Shown here piece after piece: positions 14,002-30,175 of a stretch of 64,000 nt of DNA; position 1 is the stretch's first letter; the number at the start of each line of letters is the position of its first letter. The translations under genes were made by a program, and so were the position numbers. The stretch comes from the human T2T-CHM13v2.0 reference genome, Homo sapiens. The stretch lies in NCBI RefSeq assembly GCF_009914755.1, contig NC_060943.1. One strand, given 5' to 3'. The notes under the pieces were generated by a model. That model ran no database searches. It was not told where the DNA came from and saw only the letters and a list, made by a program, of their open reading frames with translations.

Positions 14002-16442
14002 CAGAGAGAGGGAGAACTAAATACATTATGTACATCTGAAAAGTCACCAAAGACAAGAAAAAAAAAGTAGGTATATATTTAGCTAAGTGTTCTGTGGATT
14101 TTTTTTCCTTTTGAAAAACTCCAGTACAAGTGTTCAAGCCAAGTAGAAGCCTTTCACTCCAGTTATTTATTTATTTTGCTCTCTCCTTTGGAAAGCGATG
14201 CACATGTATTATGAAAAGCAAATATTATACTCTTTATTGTCAAACAAAGTTTATAAGGTTCGTGTGTCAATGATGGGGCCAAGGACCTCACACAGAAAGT
14301 TTCCTGTCCTGGAAGAATTTTTCATGGAAGATAAAATATGGAAAGTGGGGGGAATGCTGACTGCCAGCAAATAGAATCCTCCCACTCCTAATGGCACCCG
14401 TGGGGTTGGATGAGCTCAGGCCTTGACTGTCCTAGCTGGAGCGGGGGTGGGGGTGATGGGGGTTCTTCCCTATAGACTAGCATGGGCCACTCAGTGAGGG
14501 GAAGGACCACAGTGGAAGTTGAAGGGTGTTTACTCAGAGGAGGCTACTTGCGTCCAACTCCTTGCAGCTCTAACATCCAGATGCACTCGGCAACCAGGCC
14601 TTTGGACACAGGAAGTAGAAGCAAGGTGATGAAAAATGAAAGGCATTCTTTGGCCTTGGAGCACACAGGCATGGAATCCGGTAGGAGTACAGTTACTATT
14701 TACAGGAAACTGGCACGGAGATATAACTTTTGCTAGACAGGTTGGTGCCATTGTGTTTTGGCACCATGAAAAGCATTAAATAAGGTTTACCATTTGTCTA
14801 AACCATGCTGTATGCACTCTACTTTCTGATATGTATTGCTTTCTCCAACTGGGAGTTTCACTAAAGTCCCTCCCTAGGGAGTAGAGAGCGGGAGTTATAG
14901 TCAACCATGGTTAATTTGTGCTTTGTGCTTTGTTTATCCAAACCATATGTCTAGATGGTTGTAATTCTGTGTCATTGGCTGTGTAATGCTCTCTGTGCTA
15001 AGATATCTGTAAATAGCAACAGCTCAATGCATAATCACGTTGGTATTCTGAAGGGGGAAAAGGAAGTTTCAAGTGACGTTTGCTGTGAAGACAACCACTC
15101 CAATGATGTCTCCATACATGTCTCCCAGGACATAATCTCTTAAGTATTAATCATGCAGACCTATGTGGATGGCACAGGACCTCACAGAAGCCAGACGTGG
15201 TGGGTCAATGCTACCTCCAATTCTAATACTCTAGCCTTAGGGCTTGAGGACACTCTAGATATTAAATCATATCATTGCTATTCAGCAGCCCCAGTAAGTA
15301 GTTTGTGTACCAAAGAGAAATCCTTTTATGTTGGTGCTAGAAAAAATTAAAAACAATAAAACAAGGGGAATCCACCAAAATTTTCTTTTATAATATTTTC
15401 ATTTAAAAACTTTATTTGATTCACCAGCTTTCTATCAAGAAAAGACATTGTGCTCAAGAGCTGGAGGTGATAAAGTCCAATGTGAATTTCTTAAATGGCA
15501 AATTACCAGCCAGGATGAACACACAAAGGCTTCAGCTTTTATGTACGGCCTAGAAGCCCCAGGGCCCCTGTTCCCCCTGAGCACCCAAGAGCAGCTTCTG
15601 AACACTGCAATGTGCTGGCTGGAGGCCTCTGGAGAAGAGGAGGCCAGACCTGTGAATTATGGCAAATTCTACTGCACCCTGACTTCAGCAACCTCCTAAA
15701 TCAGAAAAGGGGGCATTAAAAATGTTTTTCCTTCATGCAAATGCTGCCATTCATTTAGAAGTGAGGCCATGTTACTTCAGGTGCCCATAGAGCATGATCA
15801 TTTGAGCATCCCGAATGGCATTATAGGAAGCCTGGCCCCAGAGTCAGCCTCAGACGGTGGAGATGTGACAATCTCTTTGAAGTCCCAGGGAATGAAAGGA
15901 GTGGTCTGCAAACAAGCCTAGGGGGATAAGCTGAATATATTTCCCCCAGCCTTGGCAGAGACGCTGCAATCCATAGCTGGCTCACATTGCCACACACATC
16001 TCAGCCTGTCACATTGCCCAACAGTCTTGGTGCATTTCGTTCACCAACCCTTTTACCACAGCAACATGTTCAACGCATCTTATGGCCTCAAACCCCAATC
16101 TTGGCATACAGCCTTGTCCTGCACTTTATGGAAAAATGAGAAGCCATCGTATAGGAACAGGAGCATCTCTTTCTTGCATGACAGAATCTATCGGCCCATC
16201 TGCACCTCCCCATCCTCCCCCACCTTCCTTCAGTTACAAAGGTGAAGTTCGCCCTTCTCCTTCCTGAGGGGCCTTTTCCCTCCTGCCTTCTGACAGTTTC
16301 CATCAACAGATATCTATTCCTTTGCTTACAGTTTCCACTAGTCTCCCAGTCTTAAAATTCATTTCCTTTGCTCTCACTCATTTTCCTCCTGCTGTTGCCT
16401 TATCTCCTTACCCTTCCCAATCTGGCTTAAAAGCGGTGTGTC

Positions 16443-16738
16443 AGCTGGGCACGGTGGCTCATGCCCGTAACCCCAGCACTTTGGGAAGCCAAGGTAGGTG
16501 GATTGCTTGAGGACAGGGGTTTGAGACCATCCTGGCTAACATGGTGAAACCCTGCCTTTACTAAAAATACAAAAATGAGCAGGGTGTGTTAATGGGCACC
16601 TGTAATCCCAGCTACTTGGGAAGCTGAGGCAGGAGAATCACTGGAATCGGGAGATGGAGGTTGCAGTGAGCCAACCTCATGCCACTGCACTTCACCCTGG
16701 GCAACAGAGCAAGACTCCATCTTAAAAAAAAAAAAAAA
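16443..16738 (+). mobile_element. Alu (AluS-type)
   Basis: Full Alu body; TSD AAAAGCGGTGTGTC / AAAAGCAATGTGTC. Confidence 0.94.
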
Positions 16739-16836
16739 GCAATGTGTCCATATGATGCTGTCCCCAATTCCTCACCTCCTTTCAATCTTCAACCCACTCT
16801 TTCGACTCCTTCAATTCCACTTCTTCCCATACCATT

Positions 16837-17197
16837 TGATATGGTTTCTGTGTCCCCACCCAAATCTCATCTTGAATTGTAGCTCCTATAATTCCCACGT
16901 GTTGTGGGAGGGAACCAGTAGGAGATAACTGAATCATAAGGGTGGTTTCCCCCACACTGTTCTCATGGTAGTGAACAAGTCTCACAAGATCTGATTGTTT
17001 CATAAGGGGTTTCCTCTTTTGCTTGGTTCTCATTTTCTCTTTGCCTGCCACTATGTAAGGTGTGCCTTTTGCCTTTTGCCATGATTGTGAGGCCTCCCCA
17101 GCCACATGGAACTGTGAATCCATTAAACAACTTTTTGTTTGTAGATTACCCAGTCTCAGGTATGTCTTTATCAGCAGCGTGAAAATGGACTAATACA
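16837..17197 (+). mobile_element. THE1 (THE1B/C-like) solo LTR
   Basis: TGATATGGTTT...CCCCACCCAAATCTCATCTTGAATTGTAG start, GGACTAATACA end, perfect 5-bp TSD CCATT. Confidence 0.93.
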
Positions 17198-17313
17198 CCA
17201 TTCCATCAGAACTTCCCTGCTAACCGCTCTAAATCCTATATTCCATTCTTGCCTTCCATCTGAGCACCAACCACAAGTCAACATCTCTACTTGAACACCC
17301 TGTGTTCAAGACA

Positions 17314-17440
17314 TAAGGTGACCATATGTCTTCATTTGCTCTGGGAAGTCTCTATTTACATGTGGTGTCCTGGCATAAGTAGTCACAGCACCCCTTTCAG
17401 ACTCAAAAACATCTTAGACAATAAATTTTAAGGTCACATA
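17314..17440. mobile_element. MER94-like hAT-Blackjack MITE
   Basis: TIRs TAAGGTGACC...GGTCACATA; internal GCACCCCTTTCAGACTCAAAA. Confidence 0.7.
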
Positions 17441-17455
17441 TATTAGCAGATATAG

Positions 17456-17908
<453 letters not shown>

Positions 17909-18299
17909 TGACAGATCTACCCAGAATCAGATTGGTATAAAGAGAGTTACTGAGTCAAAAGTGGGTCAAGACCATTCACACCCAACAAATTTTGCTGACA
18001 CAATTTGAGGAGGAAAAAAACCCTATTTTCTCACTGGAATTGCTATGCTGGTAGAATAGAATAGAAGCCTGAAGAGACTGGGCCAACTCTGCCACCAAAC
18101 TTAGGGAGAGCCTGCTAGAAGAGAAAGGCAGCACAGTGAAAGCACAGCTTACAGCAACAGAAGGGGGAAGAAAGAGAGGATGGGAGGGAAGAAGAGAGAG
18201 ATCCCTAATGCCAATGTTGAACACCAGGGGCTGAAAATCTGTTCCACCTGTGGGCTTTATATTGCGTACCCCAAAACTCTTCTTTTTCACTCAGTAAAG

Positions 18300-18710
18300 T
18301 TGGAGGTAGGTTTCTCTCACTTAATGACAAGACATCCAGGATCTACACAAGCATGCCTTGAACTCAGCTCCAGGCAGTCCTATCCCTGCTGTCCCCAAAT
18401 CTATTCCTACTCCACCTTTCAAATCTCAGCAACCATCCAGTTTCTTCTGCCAGAAACCTTGGAATCATCTTGGACATCTTCCCTTCTCTAGCGCCATCAT
18501 GAAATCTTATTGGTTTATTTTTATGACCAACATATGTGTAAACTCTGGTTCCTTCCCTCCATCCACACGGACCCCCAACAAGTCCATAAAACCATCATCT
18601 TACCTGGGCAACTCAACAGCCTCCCAGTGGGTCTTCCCATGGCCATTCTCACTCCTAACATTCTCCGTGGAACATCTAGAGTCATCTTCTTAAACTTCAA
18701 ATCTGCTTAT
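18300..18710 (+). mobile_element. L2 internal fragment
   Basis: CCAGAAACCTTGGAATCATCTTGGAC...CAACAGCCTCC...AGAGTCATCTTCTTAAACTTCAAATCTG. Confidence 0.7.
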
Positions 18711-18787
18711 GGTGCACAAGGCCATGCTTCACTGGGGAGCTGCAAGGAGAGTAGAGGGAGCATTGCCAAGTTAAGTTAAGAGCTTCA

Positions 18788-19143
<356 letters not shown>

Positions 19144-19719
19144 TTATTAGAGACAATATTAGCATGGTTCCCAAGAATATGTGTCTTATTTTTCAATCAT
19201 TATTTGCTTTATTGTGTTTCAATCAGAAGCTTAGGGTCAAACTTTCTTCCTTGAGCTGGGATATTTGAACACTGAAGGTTACTAGCACCTTCCCATGGAC
19301 AGATTGCAGAGAGTGGTGTTCAGATTTTAAATAAAAATCTCTACCAATGCTGCCAGGATGTTAAGCAGAGCCTGCACAGAAGGATTGTACATGGGTCAGT
19401 GACTGCAGGGTCATTTGTAGACCCTGGTATTTGAAGTTTCCTACAGAACCTTCCTGGAAGTGAGTGTTCTCAAAGGAGGGGCATGCACTACCTCGCCACT
19501 CTAATCTTAGATCCTAACCTCTCTCCATCTCCTCCTTCCTCAAAACAGACCTGTGGGTTCCAAATTTGATTGAAACTGAGTCCAGTAATATTAGTCCTAC
19601 CTGACTGGGATGCTGTCCTGACCCAGTGGTTTTAGAAGGGAGTTTTATAGAAGAAGATATGAGAAGGGTAAAATTAGAGGGGTGCATGCATGTTCCTGAA
19701 AGAGAAGACTAAACATTGT

Positions 19720-21070
19720 AAGGGGGCCATTGCCTCAATTTGTGTATAAGTCTATTATAATTCCAATCCAAATTTTAATAAAGTTTTCTTTGAAACCTGA
19801 CAAAATGATTCTAAATGTTGTCTGGAAGAATAAATGAATAAAATAATCAAGTAAAGTTTGACCAAACAGAAAGATTAGAAACATTTGCAAGGACATTAAG
19901 ATAGATTCTAAAACTACGACAATTAAAATAGAATGTTATTGGACCAAGGATGGGCAGGTAGAAAGAACATTAAGAATCTATTCCATAATAGGAGAGCTTT
20001 TTCAAGTCTCTGGGGGAAATGATGCGGGGACAACTGCGAAACACTAAAGATAAATTGATTCATCACTGCTTCACACCACATCCTAAAATAAATGTCAAGC
20101 GGATTATAAATTTAAAAATACATATACAAATGAACTAGAAGGAAATATAGGTGCATGTTTATCTGATCTTGTAATGGGAAAATCTTTTAGGTAGTGTATT
20201 ACCATAAAGTAGAATCTTGATGAAATTGATCACATGTAAATTCAAATATTCTGCCATAACTATATCTAAGAGCAAATAGGAAACTGGAAAAAGAAACTTG
20301 CAATGTATGTAACAAAGGGTTTACATTCTTAAGTCTCTGAAATGTCAATGTGGACAAAAGACATGATTAGAAAATTCACAAAGGAAGTACTAACAGCAAA
20401 AATATGAAAAATGTTTAACTTTGCAAGCTGTCAAAGATGTGCAAACTGAAACAATAGTGAAACACGATTTTTCAGCTATTACACTGACATTTTCTAAAAA
20501 AGAAAAGATTATGTAGAGCCTGGGAAAATGGGCACCCACAGATTGCTAGGATGATCCTAAAGTGATACAATTGTTCTAGAGGGTAACTTGGCAAAATTCT
20601 TTAAAATATGTGTAGTTAATTTACCCAGCAATTCCTCTTCTAGGAATTTATCCTCAGAAAATAATCATAAATAACTGCAGAAATTTATTTAAAAATGTTC
20701 CCTGGAAGGTTGTTTATAAAAGCAAAAAATTAAAAACAAAATAAACGTCTGAAAATATGCAGCTGCTTAAATAAAGTATGGTGCATTATAATCCAAGGTC
20801 ATAAAAAAATCATACTGAGAATTATGTAGTGACTTCAGAAAAGGTTCACAATATATAGTTAAATGGGGAAAAAAGTTGCAAACCCATCTGTACATTTCAT
20901 TTTTTTGTTTTTAAAAAATGTATGTATGTAAATATATGCATAGAAAAAGACTTTAAGAGGATAACCAAAAAGTTATCAGTGATTATCTCTGGGCGGCAAA
21001 AGTGTTGGTGATTTTCATTATTCCTCAAATATTCTGCAATAAAAATGTATTACTTTTTGTAACAAGATTC
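19720..21070 (+). mobile_element. Degraded L1ME-type LINE (ORF2 3' part + 3'UTR)
   Basis: CTGACAAAATGATTCTAAA..., CCCAGCAATTCCTCTTCTAGGAATTTATCCT, GTTATCAGTGATTATCTCTGGG. Confidence 0.75.
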
Positions 21071-21216
21071 TTAAAAACATTAACTTTTATTTAAATCCTG
21101 CAGAGAAGTCAGGTATCAAAAAATGGTCTTCAGGAAGCTTTTTCGGGGAAATTCTTACAGCCAAAAACTGGGGAATTGCTGGGGAAAGTGGTCAGACCTA
21201 AATGCAGCTGAGCTAG

Positions 21217-21601
<385 letters not shown>

Positions 21602-21699
21602 CCCATCACTGCTTGTTTTATGAGTCATGGGATGGAAAAGTGATATGGACTAAAAATAATAATAATGAGGATGATCACAATAATAATGCAGATGATAAT

Positions 21700-21950
21700 A
21701 TATTAATAGAAAACTGACATTTATTAAGCACTTGGTATTTTCCAGACCCCAAGCTAAGTGCTATACAGATAGCATCTCATTTAAAGCTCACAACAATCCA
21801 TTGGCAAAAGGATTATTGCCTGGGATTCATAGAGAAAGAAAACTGAGACCAGGATGGTGGCACGATGATGTGATTCTCCCACACTTTCAGCTCTCAGGAG
21901 GCCGAGCGGAATTACAAACATACCTGAGTCTGATGCCAAAGCCCCTGGCT
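21700..21950 (-). mobile_element. MIR
   Basis: ACATTTATTAAGCAC...ATCTCATTTAAAGCTCACAACAATCC...AAACTGAG...TCTGATGCCAAAGCCC. Confidence 0.75.
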
Positions 21951-24900
21951 GATCTACATTGATTAGGTGCTTACAGGAGCATTTTTCCAAACCCACATGC
22001 CCCGATCCCGACTTCACCACCCAGGCCTCAATTTCCTTTGTGATTCAGCCTCGTATTATGTAGCCTGACTCCACTGTGAAAGATTTGTGGCAGTTGCATG
22101 ATGTATGAGGTGCCATTTGTAAAAATATTATTTAGTGTAAAACATGATGTTTTTTCTCCTGATTTACAAGTTGGATTTATAAATCTGCACTTCTCACTAT
22201 CTGAGTTATATATCTTGCCTCTGATTTATAAAACTTGCCTGTAAATCTTCCCAGCAAAGTTTTGATTCAGAAATCATTATTTTAAGAATTAGATTTAGTT
22301 AAAACATTCAGCTGCTTTATAGGGGAGGAAATGGATTTACATAACTCCAACCGGAGCTTACGGATCCTATAGCAGCTTCACAAGTCGTGCCTAGGAATTC
22401 CTAAGGAAAATGTTTTGATTTAAGGGCATTCACTTCACACTTTAGCTACACCTGACTGATTTATATCACCAAAGCCATACAATGATGATCCATTTTATAA
22501 AAATCCCACTTTTCTTTAATTCCAGACCCTGATTTATATGCCCTGATTGGGTATCTGTAATGCTCTCAGTCACAGGCTCCTCTGCCCTAGAGCTGGTCTT
22601 GGGGAAAAGGCCTAAGAATCAGGGATGGTCAGAATAAAGGGAAATTTCACCTCCTTCTTGGTTTATCTCCCTTATTCCAAGGGAGCCAAAGCAGGTTGCC
22701 TCCTGCCCCTGAGCTAGAGCCAGCTAACCCTGGGGGAGCGTCTGTAAGATGCCACAGCCTTCTCCAAGAATGTGGTGGGTTCTCTCCATCCCTGCTGCTC
22801 AAATGAAGAGCGGATTGCTCCCAAGTAGAAGAAATCGCCAGTCCAGAGAATCGAGGACATGTTTGATGAGTAATTGCTGGCTGAAAAAAAAGTCAATGAA
22901 TAAATGAACGCTTTTTAAAGAGCAGAGGCCAACAAGCAGTGATCTGACAAATAGTATAAATGAACGAAAAGGGAGGGTGTGTGAGAGCCTTGTGAGAGGC
23001 TGCTCCAATCTGAACAGGGTGGCTGTAGCTCAGCTCCACCTGGCTGTGGTTAAGTAGGATTACTTGCCCAGTATTCCCACATGTGGCTTTCCAAGGCAAT
23101 CCTGAAATTCAAATGTTTATTTTAAATGACTTATTTTAAAAATCAACATTGTGCAGGTTTAGTTTAAAATAGCAAAATACACACATTTTAAATGTACAGG
23201 TCAATGGCATTTGAACAAAGTACACACTCATGCAACCACCACCCTGAGCAAGACATAGAATGTTTCCATCTTTCCAGAAATCATCCTCTTGCCTCTTAAA
23301 GTCAGTGACCTCCATCCTACCCCCTGCTCCAGTTAACCGCTGGCCTCATTTCTATCTCTACAGATATGTATTTTTTTCTGTTTTAATATAATTGGAACTT
23401 AATATAAATTGAATCATACAGAATGCATTTGTTTCCTGTCCTGTTTCTTTCACTTAGCACGCCTGTGAGTGAGATTCATCCATGCACGTATCCAGCATTT
23501 GTTCCTTTTTATGGCTGAGTAGTATTCCGTGGTCTAAATGTATTATAGTTGTTGATTCATTTCCAGTTGGTGGACATTTGAGTTCTTTCCAGACTTAAAA
23601 CTATTATGAATAAAGCTGCTAGGAACATTCCTGGACCAGTCTCTTTATGGACATATGTTTTCATTTCTCTTGGGTAAAAACAGAGGAATGGAGTTGCTGA
23701 GTCATTTGGTGAGTGTATGCTTAACTTTCCATAAAGCCGCCAGACAGTTTTCAAAAGTGATTTTGCCATTTTACACTCCCTCCCCTCCCCAGTAATATAT
23801 GAAAGTTCCAGTTGCTCAACATCCTTAACAATGCTTGGTCTTGTCAGTCTGTTTAATTTTAGTCTTTTAGTCAGTTTAGTCATAATTTAAGTCATTTAGA
23901 TATAAAGTGGTATTCCATTTTAATCTGCATTTTCCCAATAACTAATGGCACTGAGCATCATTTCATTCACTCATTGGCCAATTGTGTATCTTCTTTTGTG
24001 AAATGCCTATTCAGAACTTCTCTTATTTATTAGTTGTTTGCCTTCTATTATTCAGTTGTAAGAGAACTTTGTAGACTCTGGATACTAGTCTTTGCCAGAT
24101 ATGTGCATTGCAAATACTGTCTCCCAGTCTGTGGTTTGTTATGTCTTTTTCTTGTCAATGTCTTCGGCAGGGCAAGCAATTTTAATTTGATGATGTACAA
24201 CTGGTCATTTTTCTTCTTTAGTTAGTGCTTTTTGTGTTCCTAGAAATATTTGTCTACCCCTAAATTGCAGTTTTTCTGCTATGCTACCTCCTAGAAGTTC
24301 TACAGTTGAAGGCATTATGCTCCGAACCTACGACTCATTTCAAATTAATTCTTCAAAACAACGTGAGCAAAGGATTGAGGTTCATTTTTTTTCTACACAG
24401 ACACCTAGTTCTTGTAGCACCATAGAAATCAGGAAGTGTGAGTCCTCCAATTTCGTTCTTTTTAAAGATTGTTTCAGCTATGTTAGGTCTCTTGCATTTT
24501 CAGATCAGTTTAGGGTAACTTTGTTAATTCCTACCAAAAAAAAAAAAAAAGCCTGCTGAGATTTTGTTTGGAATTTTGTTGAATCTATAAGTCAGTTTGG
24601 GTACAAAGAACATCTTAACACTATCTAGTCTTCCCATCCACTAACAGGACATGTCTTTCAGTTAATTTAGCTCTTCCTTAATTTCTTTCAAAAATGTTTT
24701 ATAGCTTTCCATGTAGAAATCTTGCACAGCTTTCATCAAATTAACTCCCTTCTCATTTTGAAATTTTATTTTCTAAATACTTGTTGTTCATAATAATTAA
24801 CTTCATATATTCATCTTGTATTCTGTGACGTTGCTAAATTCATTTTTAGCTCTAGTAGTTTTTTTCATAAAATCCTTAGGATTTTCTATACGGATAATGA

Positions 24901-25629
24901 TAACATTTGTTAATACATTTTTATTTCTTCTTTTTTAAATATTTCTCTCCTTTTTAAATTCGTTTGTTTATTTATTTTGCCTTATGGCATTGGCTAGGAC
25001 ATCCAGTACAGTATTTATGGGAAGTAAGGAGACTGAACATCTTTGTCTTATTCCCAGTCTTAGGGGGAAAGCATTCTGGCTTTAACCATTAACAATGATG
25101 GTTGCTGTATGATTTTCATAGATGCCCACGATCAGGTTGAGAAGGTTTCCTTCTATTTGCAATTTGCTGCGTGTTTTTCATCATGAACAAGTTTTGGATT
25201 TCATCAAACTCTTTTGCTGCATCTATCTACTGGGATTATTATATGATTTTTCTACTTTATTCTATAATATGTGAAATTGCTTTGATTTAATTTTTCCATG
25301 TTGGAACATCTTTGCAATACTGAGATGCAGTCTTCATATAGTGCTGAATTCAGTTTGCTAATATTTTGTTGAGGATTTTGCTTTGTGTGTTCATAAGAGA
25401 TATTGACCTGTAATTTCCTTTCCTTCCAACTGCATTGTCGGCTTTTGATATCAGGATTGTGCTAGCCTAATAACATATGTTAGGAAGCAGTCACGCCTAT
25501 ATTTTTGGAAAAAGTCTGTGTAATATTGATGTTATTTCTTTTGTAAATCTGTGATAGCATTCATTGGTGAACTCATCACAACACCGAATTTCTTGTATGG
25601 GAAGTTTTTTTATGATAAATTCAATTATT

Positions 25630-26291
25630 TTATGTTTTTCCAGCTTTACTGTGGTATACGTTACAAATAAAAATTACATATATTTAAAGTATACAATGTG
25701 ATGTTTTGAGCTATGTATATATCATGAAATGATCCCCACAACCAAACTAATTAACATACCCTTCACCTCGCACAATAAAATATTTTTCATGTGTGGTGAA
25801 AACACCTAAGATTAATTCTCTTAGCAAATTTCAAGTGTATGATACAGATTAATCTACTATTGTCACCATGCTGTACATTAGCTCTCCAGGACTTATGTAT
25901 CCCAAATAACTGAGCCTTTGTGGGCTGTGACCAACATTTCCCCATTTCCCCCCAACCCCAACCCCTGATAGGCACCATTCTACTCTCTGTTCCTACGAGT
26001 TCAACTGTTTTAGGTTCCACATATAAGTGAGATCATGCAGTATCTGCCTGTCTGTCTCTACCTGACTTATATCACTTAACATAATGTGCTCCAGGTTCAT
26101 CCATGTTGTCACAAATGATAGAACTTCCTCCAATGTGTGTATGTGTGTGTGTGTGTGTGTATCACATTTTCTTTCCTTCTCTTTTTTCTTTCTTTTTTCT
26201 TTTTCTTTCTTTCCTCTTTCTTTCTTTCCTCTTTCTTTCTTTCTTTCTATTTCTTTCTATTTCTTTCTTCTTTCTTTCTTTCTTCTCCTCT

Positions 26292-26322
<31 letters not shown>

Positions 26323-27222
26323 TTTGAGACAGAATCTCACTCTGTCGCCCAGGCTGGAGTGCAGTGGCACGATCTCTACTCACTGCAACCACGGCCTCCT
26401 GGGTTTGAACAATTCTCATGCATGCCTCAGCCTCCAAAGTATCTGGGATTACAGGAATGCACCAACACACCTGGCTAATTTTTTGTATATTTAGTTGCAA
26501 AGGGGTTTCACCATGTTGGCCAGGCTGGTCTCCAGTGATCCACCCACCTCAGCTTCCCAAAGGGCTGGAATTACAGGTGAGAGCTACCGTGCCCAGCCAC
26601 GTATTTGTTATTCATTCATGTGTCAACGTATGTATGCTTAGGATGATTTCATATCTTGGCTATTGTGAATAATGCTACATGGGGGTGCAGATATCTCTTC
26701 AAGATACTGATTTCATTTCCTTTGGATCTATATCCAGAAGTGAGACAGCTAGGTCATGCGACAGGTCTATTTTAGTTTCTAGTTATTTTTAGTTTTTTGA
26801 GGAAACTCTGCACTGTTTTCCACAATGGCTGTACCATTTACATTCACACCAACGGTGTACAAAAGTTACTTTTTCTCCATATCCTCATCAACATTTGTCA
26901 TCTTTTGTCTTTTTGACAACAGCCATTGTAACAAAGTGTCAGGTGATATCTCATTGTGGTTTTAGTTTGCATTTCCCTGATGATTAGAGACACTGAGCAC
27001 CTTTTCATACACCTGTTGGCCCTTTGTATGTCTTCTTTGGAGACATGTCCATTTAGGTCCTTAGTTCATTTTTAATCAGGTATTTGGTCTTTATTGTTAA
27101 ATTGTTCGAGTTCTTTTAAAATTTTGGATATTAATCTTTTATCAGATATACAGTTTGCAAATATTTTCTTCCATTCCCTTAGGAGTGTCCTTTCACTCTG
27201 TTTATTTTTTTCCTTTGCTGTA
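25630..27222 (-). mobile_element. L1MA-type LINE 3' part (non-inverted), inserted into the older L1
   Basis: CAGCTTTACTGTGGTATA...TATTGTCACCATGCTGTACATTAG...TTCCACATATAAGTGAGATCATGCAGTAT. Confidence 0.88.
26133..26598 (-). mobile_element. Alu (26325-26598) with long (TTTC)n/poly-T tail and adjacent (TG)n
   Basis: Antisense Alu with small internal deletion; about 150-bp pyrimidine tract 26168-26320; TG repeat 26133-26161. Confidence 0.9.
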
Positions 27223-27791
<569 letters not shown>

Positions 27792-28852
27792 TTCTTTCAA
27801 TACATTGGAGACTGTTCAATTTTTTATTGCCCCTTGATTCAGTTTTGGAATACACTAGTTTTAAAGTAATTTGTCTCTTTCACCTAAACTGTTAAACTTA
27901 TCAGGCTGAAGTTGATTGCAATATGTCCTTATGATAATATTCCTCATTATTTCTTACTATTATTATTGCTTCTTATTATTCTTTAAAATATGCATATATT
28001 TTAAATTCTTCTAAATATGTATTAACATTCTACAGGATATGTATTAATATCCCCACTTGCACCTCTAATACTGTTTATTTGTTTTCTTTATTTTTTCATT
28101 AATTTGTCTTCCTAGAGATTTACTAATTTTATTAAGTTTGTTTTCAAAGAACCAACTTACGGCTTTGTTAATTTTCCCCATGTGAATGTTTACCATTCAT
28201 TGATGTTTGTTCTTATTTATATTAATTCTGTCCTCTCTTTGCTTTGAGCTTATTTTCTTTTTCTGTCTATAAAATAGAAACATCAATAATTGGTATTAAA
28301 CCTTTTTCTTTTCTAAAATAGATATTGCAAGCTATACATTCTTTTCGAAGTATTGCTTTAGCTGTACACTGCACCCAACAAAGTTTGAAATGTTAAATTT
28401 TCATCTTCATTTGCTTCAAATATTTTAAATTTATCTTGTAATTTTCACTGGCTTCTGAGTTATTGAAAAAGCTTGTTTTATTCCAAAATGTTTAGAGATT
28501 TTCTAGATATGTCATTTATATTGATTTCTAATTTAACGCCATGTGGTCAGAAAACAACTCTATCTGACTGCAAAGTTATTAATTTTGCTGATATTTATTT
28601 TATGACTAGAATATTAGCTATTTTGGTGACCATTCCATGTGCATTTGAAAATAATACATATTCTGCAGGTGTTTGTGGTAGTTCTATAATGTCAATTATA
28701 TAAAAATTGTGGATATTGTTATATTAATCTTTGACATCTTCATCTATGGTTTGTATATTTTTATTAATTACCAAAAGAGAAATGTTAAAATTTTTCTATC
28801 ATTGTGGCTTTGTCCATTTTTCCCTTTATTTCTGTTAATGTTTCCTTCGTGA

Positions 28853-29154
<302 letters not shown>

Positions 29155-30175
29155 TGAATTTTGATGCCCTATGATAAACGGTATACATATTTAAAATTGT
29201 TCTACCTTGCTAGTGAATTGTTCCTTTAATCATTGTCTAATGCCCGTATTTATCTCTTACTCTTTGTCTTGAAATCCACCTTCTCTAATACCCATATAGC
29301 CACGCCAGCTTTCTTACTCTTATTGTTTGCATTGCATGTTTTATCCATCTTTTACAGTCAATGTCTTGTTATTTATTTTTAAAATGTGTCTCCTACAGAT
29401 AGCATCGAGTTGGATCTCACTTTTTTTCCTAGTCAAAAATCTCTATTTTCATTGGGATGCTTAGTATATCTGCATTTTATTATTTGATGAGTTGAGGTTT
29501 AAGTTCATCTTATAATTTGATTTCCACTTCCCTAGCATGTTTTATAAAATTATTTCTATTGCTTATTTCCTGTATTCTTTGATAAATATTTTAGATATCT
29601 AATACATCTTCTCTTTTTTGTACTTAATTTTTGTGTGCTTGATGTAGGGCTACTAAAATGTGTTTTTTAAATTATCAGTCTATTTATAGTCAATATTATA
29701 CCTCTTCACATTTCACACTTCCCTTCTGATACTTTATACTTCCTGTTTTACAATAAATATTTTTCCCAGGATATGATTTTTTTACCTCCTTATATCCTTC
29801 CTACAATTGCTATCCTATTTTTTACTTATCTATATATGTTAAAGGTCACTCTACAGTGTTATTATTTATGTGATAAGTAATTAGTTTTATTATGAGTAAT
29901 TTAAATAAATTATGAGAATAAAAGGGAGGCTTTTATATTTACAGACTCATTTCCAATTTCTGATGCCCTTTATTTTTTACACAGATTCTAAATTTTCATT
30001 TGCTGTTATTTCTTTCAGCCTGAATGATACTATTCACTATTTCTTTTTTGCAAGAATCCTAGTAATAAACTTCCTAACTTTCTTTGTCTGAAATTATCTT
30101 GATTTCATTCTCACTTTCAGAAGCTATTTTTGCTGGATATAGAAATCTAAATTGACAGGATTTTTTTTTCATTTA

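Noticed and set aside
26084-26500. Phe-rich or Lys/Arg-rich ORFs (also at 17462 and 39022)
   Set aside because: Translations of Alu tails and (TTTC)n low-complexity tracts
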